A stretch of DNA of 59,687 bases from Acidimicrobiales bacterium (GCA_003243955.1 QHCE01000002.1:1-59687), one strand, 5' to 3'. Shown: positions 46,936-58,546, counted from the first letter of the stretch. Translations and numbers: made by a program. Notes: a model not told the origin generated them from the letters alone.

Positions 46936-47583
46936 GTGGTTGCTCTAGTTGTGCCGGTTGGGCATTTTGCCGGCCCCATGCACACGTCCACCGAGGCTGA
47001 GGTTCCAGAATCGTTTGAGGTTCGGTTCCGTGACGGTGTGTTTTCGCTGTCTGCCGAGGAATACGCGGTGTGGGCGGTCTCGCATGGTGATCCGGAAAAA
47101 GTCTCCAAGCAGCCGCAGTCGCGCCCGGTGGTTGAAGGCGCCGCCAAGGCGGCGGGTGTGGACGAGCCCGGCCCGATCTTTGATTCGCTGATCGACGATG
47201 GCTTACTGGTCTCGGTGATGCCTACCGGTAAATCGAGCCAAACGTTCGCTGAGCAGCATCAGATGGTGCCGTTGGCGCTGGGTCTGGGTAACAGTGCGCA
47301 GAACCCGGCCGAGTTCCAAATTGGGTTGCCCAACGCCCCCAGGGTTTCAGTGGGTTATGACGTTTACCATATGTGGCTGTTCTGCCACCGGCAGCCCACT
47401 TTGTGGGAAGCGATCACCACCATCGCCAAGGAAGCCGAGGAAGCCAACACCGAAGAGCCCAACGCTGAAGGTGAGGAGAAAGTTGAGCTGGTCTCCGATC
47501 CGGATGTCCTCCTCAAGGCGCTACTAGCGGCACTACCGGTGTTGATCTCCACTAGCTGCGTATTCATAGACCGCAGGCCGTAG
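46936..47583 (+). CDS. Hypothetical protein, paralogue 3 of 3
   Basis: AGGAGG RBS; PVGH, YAVWAVSHG, LIDDGLL, PLALGLGNSA, TLW. Confidence 0.85.
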   Translation: MVALVVPVGHFAGPMHTSTEAEVPESFEVRFRDGVFSLSAEEYAVWAVSHGDPEKVSKQPQSRPVVEGAAKAAGVDEPGPIFDSLIDDGLLVSVMPTGKSSQTFAEQHQMVPLALGLGNSAQNPAEFQIGLPNAPRVSVGYDVYHMWLFCHRQPTLWEAITTIAKEAEEANTEEPNAEGEEKVELVSDPDVLLKALLAALPVLISTSCVFIDRRP

Positions 47584-47931
47584 CAGAGGAATGTGTTTTA
47601 GTTAGCGCTTAAGTAAGCTCCATACCTCTCAAAGGTCTGGTATTTTCGCCTGGCTTAGCTCTTACACCTTAGAGGCTCCGCCGCTGAGCCGATTGTCGCG
47701 ATCTAACTCGATCAGCAAACGTGCATCTGCCAAGGCCGCAGGAGCCGCCGCGTGCGCTCTACCTATGCCCGACTTGCAAGCTGCGTCGGGCGCAGGCAAG
47801 GCGACTGCCCGGGTGGCGGGTGCCCCGCCGCTAGCACAGCGCCGGCAGGGACTTTTTGGCGGGCCCTCTTATGCGTGTGCCAAATTTTCTAACCCGTAGT
47901 TTGGCGTGCCGATTCGTGGCAAGCTAACCAG

Positions 47932-48723
47932 ATGTCCAATACCCCCCTTCAAGTACAGCAAGTCGACACTAATCGTTTTACCGCAGAGCTTGACGAAGAC
48001 TGGTCCTTTGGCGAGCGGATCAACGGCGGATACCTACAAAGTGTCGCCGCCAACGCCGCTTGTCAAACAGCGTTACACGATGATCCGATCGCTGTAACTA
48101 CAGATTTCCTCATCGCCGCGCAAGGTGGTGCGGCTGAGCTCATCACTGAGCCGCTTCGCTTTGGCAACAGCATCGACGTCATCCGAGTCATTCTGCGACA
48201 AAACGGTCGGGCCGTACTGGTCTCTTCGGTGGTGGTGGGAGCCCTGGACGGAAAACCAGCAGATATGGATATGTCCGTCAGCGCCGACGTGCCATCGCCT
48301 GGCCTCTGCACCCGAATAGAGAGCGACACCCTACCTGGCCGAATTCTGCCGCTGATGGATCGAGTGGAGATTCGGCTAGCTCCAGAATCTATGCCACTGC
48401 TGCGAGGGCAGGCAGATGGAAGTTTCGCGCTTCGCGGCTGGGCGAGAATGACGGGTGAATCCGAGCTCGATGCTTTTGCGTGCTTGGCTATCGCCGATGC
48501 ATTTCCTCCCGTCACGTTCACGCTTGGGCGGCACAGTTGCGCGCCTAGCGTGCAGCTAAGCACCTATCTGCGCGCCAAACCGGTGCCGGGCTGGCTGCGA
48601 GGTGAGCTACGTGGCCGTGTACTCGGCGGCGGATGGTTCGACCAAGACTGCACGGTTCGAGACACTGCCGGAAACGTGATTGCGCAATCCCACCAGTTAG
48701 TACGCGTACCTCGACGTAATTAA
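47932..48723 (+). CDS. Thioesterase family protein (TesB-like double hot-dog)
   Basis: W..GERINGGY, DAFPP, PSVQLS.YLR..P.PGWL, AQSHQL. Confidence 0.9.
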   Translation: MSNTPLQVQQVDTNRFTAELDEDWSFGERINGGYLQSVAANAACQTALHDDPIAVTTDFLIAAQGGAAELITEPLRFGNSIDVIRVILRQNGRAVLVSSVVVGALDGKPADMDMSVSADVPSPGLCTRIESDTLPGRILPLMDRVEIRLAPESMPLLRGQADGSFALRGWARMTGESELDAFACLAIADAFPPVTFTLGRHSCAPSVQLSTYLRAKPVPGWLRGELRGRVLGGGWFDQDCTVRDTAGNVIAQSHQLVRVPRRN

Positions 48724-49646
48724 TCGTTAGCACGGCCGAACAGGATGTCATCCCAGGTGGGGAGGTTACTACTTGCTGCCTTGCGTGAAGTCGGTGGGCC
48801 TAGCCCAAGTGCTGATGCCGTGGCCTGACTCGACCGAGGTCGATCTCGCGCAACGGCCGGCTGTTGCTGCGGCTGGCGCGGCACCGCGGCAGGTGCTGAG
48901 GGCTTGGCGACATCTCGGCTGCGCCGCAGCACCGAAAGCGCTGGAACCACTGGTTCTTCGTGTGGATCGACCTCTTGATCGTCGTGGAATGCGCGGCTTG
49001 CGGCCACGTGGGGCCGCCCACGCACTTGACCATCTTGGACTTCACGCTGCGTCGGTCTGATTTGAGGCGCATCGTCCTCAGAGCTCAGCGGCGGGTCACA
49101 TAGGAAATGCGCCATGTCATCAATGGGCCGGACATGCTTGCGAGGCTTATCCAAATCCCAGAGCGCTCGTGCGGCGGCACGCCCTGATTGCCACTCCGCT
49201 ACGACGCGCCAGCTACCGTTATCCCGACGATAGGCGTCCCACGCTACCGTGTCCGGTTGGACGCCATGTTCAGTCAGCCGCTTGCGGGCAAGTTCTCCAA
49301 AGTTTTCACCAGGCGTGTTCGCGGAGCAGTTACGCTGCGCAAATTCGACAATTGCTGCCCGTTCTTGTAGCACGGGGCCCGCGAAACGGAGCACTTTCTC
49401 CACCGGGACGTTGGCCAGCCGGGCTACTTCAGCTACCGGATCGCCCGCTCTGATGCGGGCTTGGATGTCCCGAGGAGTCAACGAAGCTTCCACCTCGAAT
49501 CCGAGCTTGCTCGCGACGCCCCGCTCGTGCCGTACCGCTGAGAGCAGGGAATCGTCAAGCTTGAGAAACAGCATTCGACCCACTTCATCAGTGAGGATGA
49601 GCGATTGGCCATCTTCTGCGAGCGCGATGAACCGCACTGGGCGCAT
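48720..49646 (-). CDS. sepH: Septation protein SepH (DUF3071)
   Basis: LTPRDIQARIRAG..VA, RFAGPVLQER, WDAYRR, C-terminal LPTWDDILFG; GGGAGG RBS before ATG 49646. Confidence 0.92.
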   Translation of the reverse strand: MRPVRFIALAEDGQSLILTDEVGRMLFLKLDDSLLSAVRHERGVASKLGFEVEASLTPRDIQARIRAGDPVAEVARLANVPVEKVLRFAGPVLQERAAIVEFAQRNCSANTPGENFGELARKRLTEHGVQPDTVAWDAYRRDNGSWRVVAEWQSGRAAARALWDLDKPRKHVRPIDDMAHFLCDPPLSSEDDAPQIRPTQREVQDGQVRGRPHVAASRAFHDDQEVDPHEEPVVPALSVLRRSRDVAKPSAPAAVPRQPQQQPAVARDRPRSSQATASALGLGPPTSRKAASSNLPTWDDILFGRAND

Positions 49647-49681
49647 CGCGCACCTCCCACTTGAGCTGATCGGCCGACCGA

Positions 49682-49760
49682 CGGTGTCGCTAATAAACGG
49701 TGCCACTAATAAACGGGGTCGCTAATAAACAGTGCTACTGATAACAGAGCCACTGATTAA
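49682..49760. repeat. Five degenerate tandem 15-16 bp repeats upstream of sepH
   Basis: CGGTGTCGCTAATAAA / CGGTGCCACTAATAAA / CGGGGTCGCTAATAAA / CAGTGCTACTGATAA / CAGAGCCACTGATTAA. Confidence 0.9.
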
Positions 49761-50111
49761 CAGGGGCCCTGGTAGACAATGCTGCGTGTCCTCTGCTCAC
49801 CTTACAGCCGCAATGCGGATTCGGGCTAGCACCACACGGGGTAAGCCGAGATTGCGGTCCAGGCCACCGTTCTCGAGCCGTCGACTTTGGAAGACTTTTC
49901 AAAAACTCAGAGAACTGTATATCTATAAATTACGAGTTGGCTGTGGTGTGCTAGTTCACATCAAAGGGGGCATCATGGCTAAGCGCATTCGGGAGTACCG
50001 CGAGTATATTGACGCTGCCGCGGGTTTCAGCTGGTCAGAATCGGGCCACACTGAAGTTGGGCAGCTCGGCTCAGCGGTTCGCGAGCCAAATACCTGCGTC
50101 GCGACACACGA

Positions 50112-51416
<1,305 letters not shown>

Positions 51417-51474
51417 CTAGGCGTTGAACAAACGCCCCTAATGCGGCTGCGGACGCCACGTGTTCCGCCACGGT

Positions 51475-52602
51475 TTAGTGATGCTCAATGCCGCCCCAAC
51501 CAGTTACCTCGGCAGGCTTACGCGGTCCGGGACCGATGTAGCGCGCTCCTGGGCGAATCAAACGGCCAGTGCGCTTCTGCTCCAGAATATGAGCACTCCA
51601 TCCAGCGGTGCGTGCACAGGTGAACATAGCGGTGAACATATGGGCGGGAATCTGGGCGAAATCGAGCACTACCGCCGACCAAAACTCCACGTTGGTCGCG
51701 ATCACTCGATCAGGCTTGCGTTCGCGAAGCTCGGCGATCGCGGCTTCTTCCAGCGCTATCGCTACCTCATAGCGGTGCGAGCCCAGCTGTTTGGCGGCCT
51801 TGCGCAGCACTCGAGCGCGAGGATCTTCGGCACGGTAGATCCGGTGGCCAAAGCCCATCAGGCGTTTGCCGCTGTCGAGTAGCGCACGCACCCAGGCGCG
51901 GGCGTCGCCGAGCTCGGCGACCTCATCGAGCATCGCCAGTACCCGCGATGGTGCGCCACCATGCAACGGACCAGACATCGACCCGATGGCTGAGGAGATG
52001 CATGCCGCCGGGTCAGCGCCGGTGCTGGCCGCGACTCGTGCGGTAAATGTGGATGCGTTCAGACCATGCTCAGCAGCCGAAATCAGGTAGGCGTCCACAG
52101 CCGCTACATGCTTAGGGTCGGGTTCGCCGCGCCAGCGGACCATAAACCGTTCGACAATGGTGCGGGCTTCATCTATTCGTACCTGTGGAACCGCGGGCAG
52201 ACCAGTGCCGCGCGCCGACTGCGCCACAAAGGACATCGTGTTCACCGAGATGCGGGCCAGGTCCGTACGGGCCTGCTCGTCGCTGATGTCAATGAGCTGG
52301 CCCAGCCCCCAATACGGGGTGAGCATAGCAACGGCGCTTTGCACATCAACCCGAATGTCGCCGGAGTGCACGGGAAGCGGAAACGGCTCGGCCGGAGGTA
52401 GACCTGGGCCGAACGCCCCATCGACGAGCAAGCCCCAAACGTTTCCGAACGACACATGGCCAACAAGATCTTCAATGTCGACTCCACGATAGCGCAGCGC
52501 GCCACCCGCCCTATCCGGTTCGGCAATTTCGGTCTCGAAACCGATAACCCCTTCTAGCCCAGGACGGAGCTCATCGGCAGGGGCAGCGGGTGCTGGGGAC
52601 AT
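51475..52602 (-). CDS. citA: Citrate synthase 2
   Basis: PGLEGV, AEHGLNASTF, GPLHGGA, MGFGHRIY, TNVEFW. Confidence 0.95.
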   Translation of the reverse strand: MSPAPAAPADELRPGLEGVIGFETEIAEPDRAGGALRYRGVDIEDLVGHVSFGNVWGLLVDGAFGPGLPPAEPFPLPVHSGDIRVDVQSAVAMLTPYWGLGQLIDISDEQARTDLARISVNTMSFVAQSARGTGLPAVPQVRIDEARTIVERFMVRWRGEPDPKHVAAVDAYLISAAEHGLNASTFTARVAASTGADPAACISSAIGSMSGPLHGGAPSRVLAMLDEVAELGDARAWVRALLDSGKRLMGFGHRIYRAEDPRARVLRKAAKQLGSHRYEVAIALEEAAIAELRERKPDRVIATNVEFWSAVVLDFAQIPAHMFTAMFTCARTAGWSAHILEQKRTGRLIRPGARYIGPGPRKPAEVTGWGGIEHH

Positions 52603-52765
52603 TGACTATCTCCTCGGTGGGGGCGTCGGTGGCGATCGCACATCGTTTTATTGGACAACTGGCGAGTAACTTACTGATCCTCGTGCAGCTGGCGATAGCT
52701 AAGGTGCTGGTCTAGCCCGCAAAATTTGCATAATGTGACGAAATAGGCACACCGAAGGTGAACAT

Positions 52766-53431
52766 ATGGATCCAAAGCTGGGAAATTTGCGTCGGAGTTA
52801 TTCGGGCTCACCGCTGCGACGCGCAGAGCTAGCACCCGATTGGCTGGCTCAATTTCGGCGCTGGCTAGATGCCGCGCTGCTTCACGAAACAGTGGCTGAG
52901 CCCAACGCGATGGTCCTGGCAACAGTTTCAGCCGCCGCCGCACCCAGCACTCGCACCGTGCTACTGAAAGCTGTTGACGAGCGAGGGCTGGTGTTTTTCA
53001 CCCACTACACCTCCAGGAAGGGGCGCGACATTGCGCAACGACCCGCGGTGAGCTTGCTGTTTTTATGGCAATCACTTGCCCGCCAAGTGATTGTTTCCGG
53101 TGACGCCGTGCCGGTTTCGGCCGCGGAATCCGATGAGTACTTCGCAAGCCGTCCATACGGATCGCAGGTCGGGGCCTGGGCCAGCGTCCAGTCGCAGCTG
53201 CTGAGCTCGCGTGCAGAGCTAGAGCAAGCCACGACGAGTATGCGCAAGCGTTTCCCGGCCGGCAGCTTGGTGCCTCGACCACCTCATTGGGGAGGGATCC
53301 GCGTTACACCTAAAACGGTGGAGTTCTGGCAAGGCCATACCGACCGATTGCATGATCGGCTGCGCTACCGATTGCAGGGACAAGCAGAAGGGACAGAAGG
53401 GAAATGGGTCATCGAACGCCTTGCGCCTTGA
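52766..53431 (+). CDS. pdxH: Pyridoxamine 5'-phosphate oxidase
   Basis: EPNAMVLAT, RTVLLK, SRKG, GAWAS.QS, EFWQG..RLHDR. Confidence 0.96.
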   Translation: MDPKLGNLRRSYSGSPLRRAELAPDWLAQFRRWLDAALLHETVAEPNAMVLATVSAAAAPSTRTVLLKAVDERGLVFFTHYTSRKGRDIAQRPAVSLLFLWQSLARQVIVSGDAVPVSAAESDEYFASRPYGSQVGAWASVQSQLLSSRAELEQATTSMRKRFPAGSLVPRPPHWGGIRVTPKTVEFWQGHTDRLHDRLRYRLQGQAEGTEGKWVIERLAP

Positions 53432-53495
53432 GTCGCGCCAGCGTCTGTTCTCAGCACAATTTTTCGGATAACGATGCGGAGTAGGCTTAGACCTC

Positions 53496-55151
53496 ATGTC
53501 GTGTTTAATTGTCCAGTCGGACAAAACCTTGCTGCTGGAGATCGAGCATCCACAAGCTCATGAGTGCCGTTTGGCCATTGCGCCATTCGCCGAATTAGAA
53601 CGCGCGCCAGAGCATGTGCATACGTATCGAGTGACGCCACTGGGGCTGTGGAACGCCCGTGCGGTTGGGCATGACGCGGAGCAAGTTGTGGATGCGCTGG
53701 TGCGCTACTCACGCTATCCGGTGCCGCACGCACTACTGGTAGACGTCGCAGAGACTATGGATCGCTACGGCCGGCTACAAATCCTCAACCATCCCAACCA
53801 TGGTTTAGTGCTACACGCTTCCGATCGTGCGGTGGGAGTGGAGGTTGCCAAGTCCAAAAAGCTCGAGGGAATGCTGGGCGATCGGATCGACGACGACACC
53901 ATAGCGGTGCATCCCAGCGAGCGCGGTCGGCTCAAGCAATCGCTGCTGAAGCTGGGCTGGCCTGCCGAAGATCTCGCCGGATACGTGGACGGGGAAGCCC
54001 ACGCCATTACGCTCGCGCAAGACACCTGGCAACTGCGGGACTACCAGCGAGATGCGGCTGAAAGTTTTTGGGCAGGTGGTTCTGGCGTGATAGTGCTGCC
54101 ATGCGGGGCAGGCAAAACCATGGTTGGCGCCGCGGCCATGGCCCACGCGCAAGCCACAACGCTGATCTTGGTCACCAACACTGTTGCTGGTCACCAGTGG
54201 CGGAGCGAGCTGCTCGCGCGCACCTCGCTCACCGATGAAGAGATCGGTGAGTACTCCGGCGAGCGCAAAGAGGTCCGGCCAATCACCATCGCTACGTACC
54301 AGGTAATGACCGCGCGGCGAAGTGGGGCCTATCGGCACCTCGAGCTGTTTAACGCCCGCGACTGGGGTTTGATTATTTATGATGAGGTGCATCTGCTGCC
54401 GGCGCCGATCTTTCGGCTCACCGCGGATTTGCAATCGCGACGCCGACTCGGCCTGACCGCAACCTTGGTGCGAGAAGACGGCCGGGAATCCGATGTATTT
54501 TCCCTGATCGGCCCCAAGCGTTACGACGTGCCGTGGAAGGATATCGAAGCGCAAGGTTGGATCGCGCCAGCCCAGTGCGTGGAAGTTCGCGTCACACTCA
54601 CCGACGGCGAGCGTATGGCTTACGCGGTAGCCGAAACCGAGGCTCGCTACAAGATGTGCTCAACCGCGGCCACCAAGCTGCCCGTGGTGCGCAAAATCGT
54701 GGAGCGGCATACTGGGGAGCCAACTTTGGTCATTGGCGCCTACCTCGACCAGCTCGACGCGCTGGGTGAATACCTTGAAGCTCCGATCCTGCAAGGTTCT
54801 ACGTCCACTAAAGAGCGCGAGCAGCTCTTCGACGCCTTCCGCACCGGGAAGCTTCCAGTGCTTGTGGTGTCGAAGGTCGCCAACTTCTCGATTGATCTGC
54901 CCGAAGCGGCCGTGGCGATTCAGGTTTCTGGAACGTTCGGTTCCCGCCAAGAGGAGGCGCAGCGGCTGGGGCGAGTACTACGGCCCAAACACGACGGCCG
55001 GCAAGCGCACTTCTACAGCGTGGTCTCCCGCGACACCGTCGATGCTGATTTCGCCGCCCACCGGCAACGTTTCCTGGCTGAGCAGGGCTACGCCTACACC
55101 ATCATCGACGCCGACGACTTACTCGGCCCAGCGGTTCCTGAGGTTGAGTAG
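53496..55151 (+). CDS. DNA repair helicase XPB
   Basis: LIVQSDKTLLLE, LPCGAGKT, DEVH, GLTAT, QRLGRVLRPK. Confidence 0.96.
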   Translation: MSCLIVQSDKTLLLEIEHPQAHECRLAIAPFAELERAPEHVHTYRVTPLGLWNARAVGHDAEQVVDALVRYSRYPVPHALLVDVAETMDRYGRLQILNHPNHGLVLHASDRAVGVEVAKSKKLEGMLGDRIDDDTIAVHPSERGRLKQSLLKLGWPAEDLAGYVDGEAHAITLAQDTWQLRDYQRDAAESFWAGGSGVIVLPCGAGKTMVGAAAMAHAQATTLILVTNTVAGHQWRSELLARTSLTDEEIGEYSGERKEVRPITIATYQVMTARRSGAYRHLELFNARDWGLIIYDEVHLLPAPIFRLTADLQSRRRLGLTATLVREDGRESDVFSLIGPKRYDVPWKDIEAQGWIAPAQCVEVRVTLTDGERMAYAVAETEARYKMCSTAATKLPVVRKIVERHTGEPTLVIGAYLDQLDALGEYLEAPILQGSTSTKEREQLFDAFRTGKLPVLVVSKVANFSIDLPEAAVAIQVSGTFGSRQEEAQRLGRVLRPKHDGRQAHFYSVVSRDTVDADFAAHRQRFLAEQGYAYTIIDADDLLGPAVPEVE

Positions 55152-55203
55152 CCCAGTGTCAACAACCCCGAAACAGACGCGAGGAACAGTCAGGAAGTGC
55201 TCA

Positions 55204-55581
55204 TCAGAGTTCATCCAATGCTCTCAGCATGCGTTTGAGTGCCATCTGACGGTAGGAGGCGTCTAGCAGCTCGGCGACCTCCGCCCAGTCCACAGCGGCA
55301 ACGGTGAAGTCCAGCGCAAGCCAACCGGCAGCACCAAAATACGGCGGCGAATAGAAGCGCTGGTCACTCAGCAGCGCCTCAGAGTCAGTTGCATCAGGCT
55401 TGAATACCATCGCATAGGGATGCTCGTCGTTCCCGACAAAAAGCGCAAAGAGCTTCTTCCCGGCCTGAAACGTTGGCCGACCCCATGCTTCGATTTCTAC
55501 CGACTCAGGAAAGGCCAGGCACAATTTACGTAGCTGCGCAAGGTAGGGATCGTCGTCGCTGTACATCCGTGGGTGTGGCAT
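55204..55581 (-). CDS. MmcQ/YjbR family DNA-binding protein
   Basis: WGRPTF..GKKLFA, PPYFG..GWL, ELLDASYR. Confidence 0.9.
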   Translation of the reverse strand: MPHPRMYSDDDPYLAQLRKLCLAFPESVEIEAWGRPTFQAGKKLFALFVGNDEHPYAMVFKPDATDSEALLSDQRFYSPPYFGAAGWLALDFTVAAVDWAEVAELLDASYRQMALKRMLRALDEL

Positions 55582-55641
55582 AACGATAGGCTAGCAACCC
55601 ACGCATATTACATGCCCTGGTCAACGATTTGTGTTGCCAGC

Positions 55642-57384
55642 TCAGACTGCCGTGAGCGGGCTGCGCACGTCGGCAGCGCCCAGTCGGGCGGCGTCGGCGG
55701 TGCGGTCGTCGGGCATTCGCTGCGATTCTCGCTCCGCGGCTACCCGAGCCTGATAATGGGCGATCTCCGCCCGTCGAGCCGCCTTATTCCAGCCCAGAAC
55801 CGGGGCAAGCAGCGAGGCCGCGTGCTCGGCGGAGTCTAGCCCGCGATGCGCGGTCTCCATCGAGATGCGAGTGCGGCGCGTGAGTACATCATCCAGATGC
55901 AGCGCCCCTTCGGACGTGACCGCGTACACAATTTCGGCGGCCACATATTCAGGGGCGCCAGCGACTGGTTGACCAAGCTCGGGATCAGCGTCGATCATTC
56001 GCAGTAACTCCACCGACAAAGAGCCGTATCGCTCTAGTAGATGCTCCACAACGCCGACCGATACGCCGTGCCGCACCGCGGTATCGGCACGCTGATTCCA
56101 GGCCAGACGAAAACCATCCGCTCCGAGAAGCGGAACGTCTCGCGTGCGACTAGGCCGGACATCTCTAAGTCGACGCACGGCCAGATCCACCACGTCGGCA
56201 GCCATAACCCGATAGGTGGTGAACTTGCCGCCAGCAACCAACATCAAGCCCAGCATGGGTTCCACCGCGGCGTGCTCACGGGAGAGTTTGCTGGTCACAT
56301 CGGACTCACCGGACAACAACGGACGAAGCCCGGCGTACACGCCCTCAATATCTTCAGGCTTGAGCGGCCGCTCCAACACTGTGTTGAGCTGGCCGAGAAT
56401 GTAGTTGATATCCACGCTGGATGCGGCTGGGTGCGCTCGATCAAGGTCCCAGTCAGTATCAGTGGTACCAATGATCCAGTGGCCCCCCCAATCGATTACG
56501 AACAGCACCGACGTGGCCGTGCGCAGAATCAACCCGCTGTCGCCGTTGATGGTGCTCCGTGGTACCACCAGGTGAACGCCTTTGCTGGCGCGCACACGCA
56601 GTCCTCGGGTACTGCCCAGCATCTCCGAAATATCATCGCTCCACACCCCGGTTGCCGCTATCACCGTGCGGGCCGAAACCGAAAACTCTTCCCCAGTCTC
56701 AGCGTCGCGTACCCGTACGCCTACGACCTCACGAGCGTCGCGCACCACATCAATGACACGGGCGCTCGGCACGATCGCCGCGCCGTAGGATGCAGCGGTG
56801 CGAGCCAAAGTCACCACAAAACGAGCATCGTCTACTTGAGCGTCGAAGTACCGAATCGCCCCAATCAAAGCATCGCGCCGCAGCCCAGGAAATAGCCGTC
56901 GCGCTTGGCGACGAGACAGGTGCCGATGCCGGGGTAGACCACGGTTGGTGCCAAAAATGCTGCCTAAGGCGTCATACAGCGCCACGCCGGCGCCGTAATA
57001 AGGCCGCTGCCACCATCGATGGGTTAGCGGTAACAGAAATTGCGTTGGACGAACCAAGTGCGGCGCTAGCGACGTCAACAACAAACCGCGTTCATGAAGT
57101 GCCTCGCGCACTAGGCCGAAATCCCACTGCTCCAGATAGCGAAGGCCCCCGTGGATCAGCTTGCTGGAGCGGCTCGAGGTGCCAGCGGCAAGATCACTTC
57201 CTTCGATCAGCGCCACCGAGAGTCCGCGGCTGGCAGCATCTAACGCAGTACCGGCTCCTGTGACACCACCACCCACAACCACCACATCGAAGGTTTCGCA
57301 ACGTAACCGGTGCACATCACGTGCTCGCCGTGCCGGACCTAATTGGCTGGCGGTGAACCGGGAAACTTTCGGGTCTCGGTACAT
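55642..57384 (-). CDS. glpD: Glycerol-3-phosphate dehydrogenase/oxidase
   Basis: GGGVTG, GTSSRSSKLIHGGLRYL, KGVHLVV, GTTD, AGLRPL, GGKFTTYR. Confidence 0.96.
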   Translation of the reverse strand: MYRDPKVSRFTASQLGPARRARDVHRLRCETFDVVVVGGGVTGAGTALDAASRGLSVALIEGSDLAAGTSSRSSKLIHGGLRYLEQWDFGLVREALHERGLLLTSLAPHLVRPTQFLLPLTHRWWQRPYYGAGVALYDALGSIFGTNRGLPRHRHLSRRQARRLFPGLRRDALIGAIRYFDAQVDDARFVVTLARTAASYGAAIVPSARVIDVVRDAREVVGVRVRDAETGEEFSVSARTVIAATGVWSDDISEMLGSTRGLRVRASKGVHLVVPRSTINGDSGLILRTATSVLFVIDWGGHWIIGTTDTDWDLDRAHPAASSVDINYILGQLNTVLERPLKPEDIEGVYAGLRPLLSGESDVTSKLSREHAAVEPMLGLMLVAGGKFTTYRVMAADVVDLAVRRLRDVRPSRTRDVPLLGADGFRLAWNQRADTAVRHGVSVGVVEHLLERYGSLSVELLRMIDADPELGQPVAGAPEYVAAEIVYAVTSEGALHLDDVLTRRTRISMETAHRGLDSAEHAASLLAPVLGWNKAARRAEIAHYQARVAAERESQRMPDDRTADAARLGAADVRSPLTAV

Positions 57385-57423
57385 GTGTGCAACGTTACGG
57401 TAGCTAGATTCGGTACGTTGCGC

Positions 57424-58386
57424 CTACTGGCGGTGGCGGGACTGATATTGCGGATCTACCACCGACACCGGTTGATTCCACAGGCTGTAGCCAAATAGCA
57501 CAGCCCCCGAGGCCACTCCAGCAATCAACAATGTTTCCAATGCCAACCGCGCCGCACCAGCGTTGTCTCCGGTCAAAGCGTCCGGGCGAAACACATAAGC
57601 TGCCAGAGCAAAGCATGGTCCGGCAACACCTACAGCTATCGACTCCCCAAGCCTGCAGCTCGCGGACTTAGCATGCCAAGCAAGCCAACCACCAATGACG
57701 GCCGGACCCAAAATAGCCACAACCGTCATCAAACTCGCCGTGACACCATGCAGGGTCTGATCGATCGGCGTGGCTCCGCTGCCCGGTCCGCCCACTAAGA
57801 CTGAACCGATAGGGACCGTCTGGCCTACGTGGTCTCTCCAACTCACTACTACTGACAGTAAACCTAGCAACCAAATCCATCCAATGTGCCACCAAACCGA
57901 GCGGACTAGGACAGGAATGCTCAGTACAATTGCGGCGGCCAGCCCACCTAACAGCGCACCAACAGGCATGCTTGCACCAATGTCTATGCCCGCTGGAATT
58001 GCGCGGGAAGATTGCGCTCCGGCGGCTAGAGCGACAACTAGCGGCACGGTGAAAAGCACTGTGACCGCCGGTGGAACAATCGCTGTGAGATACTCCAACC
58101 GATTCGTTGGAGGGCCGCCGCGAGCCAGTAGTCGGCGCGACAGCAACGCGCCAATCAGCACCGAGCTCGCCGTGTACCACACCTGGGCAGTGATGCTTGG
58201 AGTCCATGCCTGCGCCCGCTCGGCGCAAAAGCAGCCGTTCCAGTCGATAGTGCCGAGCAACCGACCGAAAAGCACCTGGAGTAGCGCGGCGACCACAGCG
58301 ATTCCAGCGGCCACGAGACCCACTGGGCGGCGGCGTGGCACGTCGGGAAGCCCGAGAGCGGACTTGCCAGAGAGATTGGTAGCCAT
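57424..58386 (-). CDS. Multi-pass membrane hypothetical protein
   Basis: Multiple hydrophobic helices; fills the glpD-groEL gap. Confidence 0.75.
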   Translation of the reverse strand: MATNLSGKSALGLPDVPRRRPVGLVAAGIAVVAALLQVLFGRLLGTIDWNGCFCAERAQAWTPSITAQVWYTASSVLIGALLSRRLLARGGPPTNRLEYLTAIVPPAVTVLFTVPLVVALAAGAQSSRAIPAGIDIGASMPVGALLGGLAAAIVLSIPVLVRSVWWHIGWIWLLGLLSVVVSWRDHVGQTVPIGSVLVGGPGSGATPIDQTLHGVTASLMTVVAILGPAVIGGWLAWHAKSASCRLGESIAVGVAGPCFALAAYVFRPDALTGDNAGAARLALETLLIAGVASGAVLFGYSLWNQPVSVVDPQYQSRHRQ

Positions 58387-58546
58387 GGTGAGCCTCAAAC
58401 TAACGCATGCAGGGGTTGGCCTGCACTAAACAGCTCAAAATGCAGCTCAATGTCAGCGCGATGGTGCGGCATCTAACCTCTGCTTCGAGACCTGTAATCC
58501 ACATGTTCACTGGGTACTATTGAAACCTTTGGGTTGCACCAGGCAT

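Noticed and set aside
44837-47583. Interpreting the PqqD-like cluster as a RiPP biosynthetic locus
   Set aside because: No radical SAM, YcaO, lasso cyclase, peptidase or clear precursor nearby; kept only as an unknown peptide-binding system
47590-47930. GC-rich intergenic stretch, a possible riboswitch or ncRNA
   Set aside because: No known riboswitch consensus or convincing long stem recognised by eye
49682-49760. Possible CRISPR array
   Set aside because: Units are contiguous with no spacers, too short, and no cas genes are in the window
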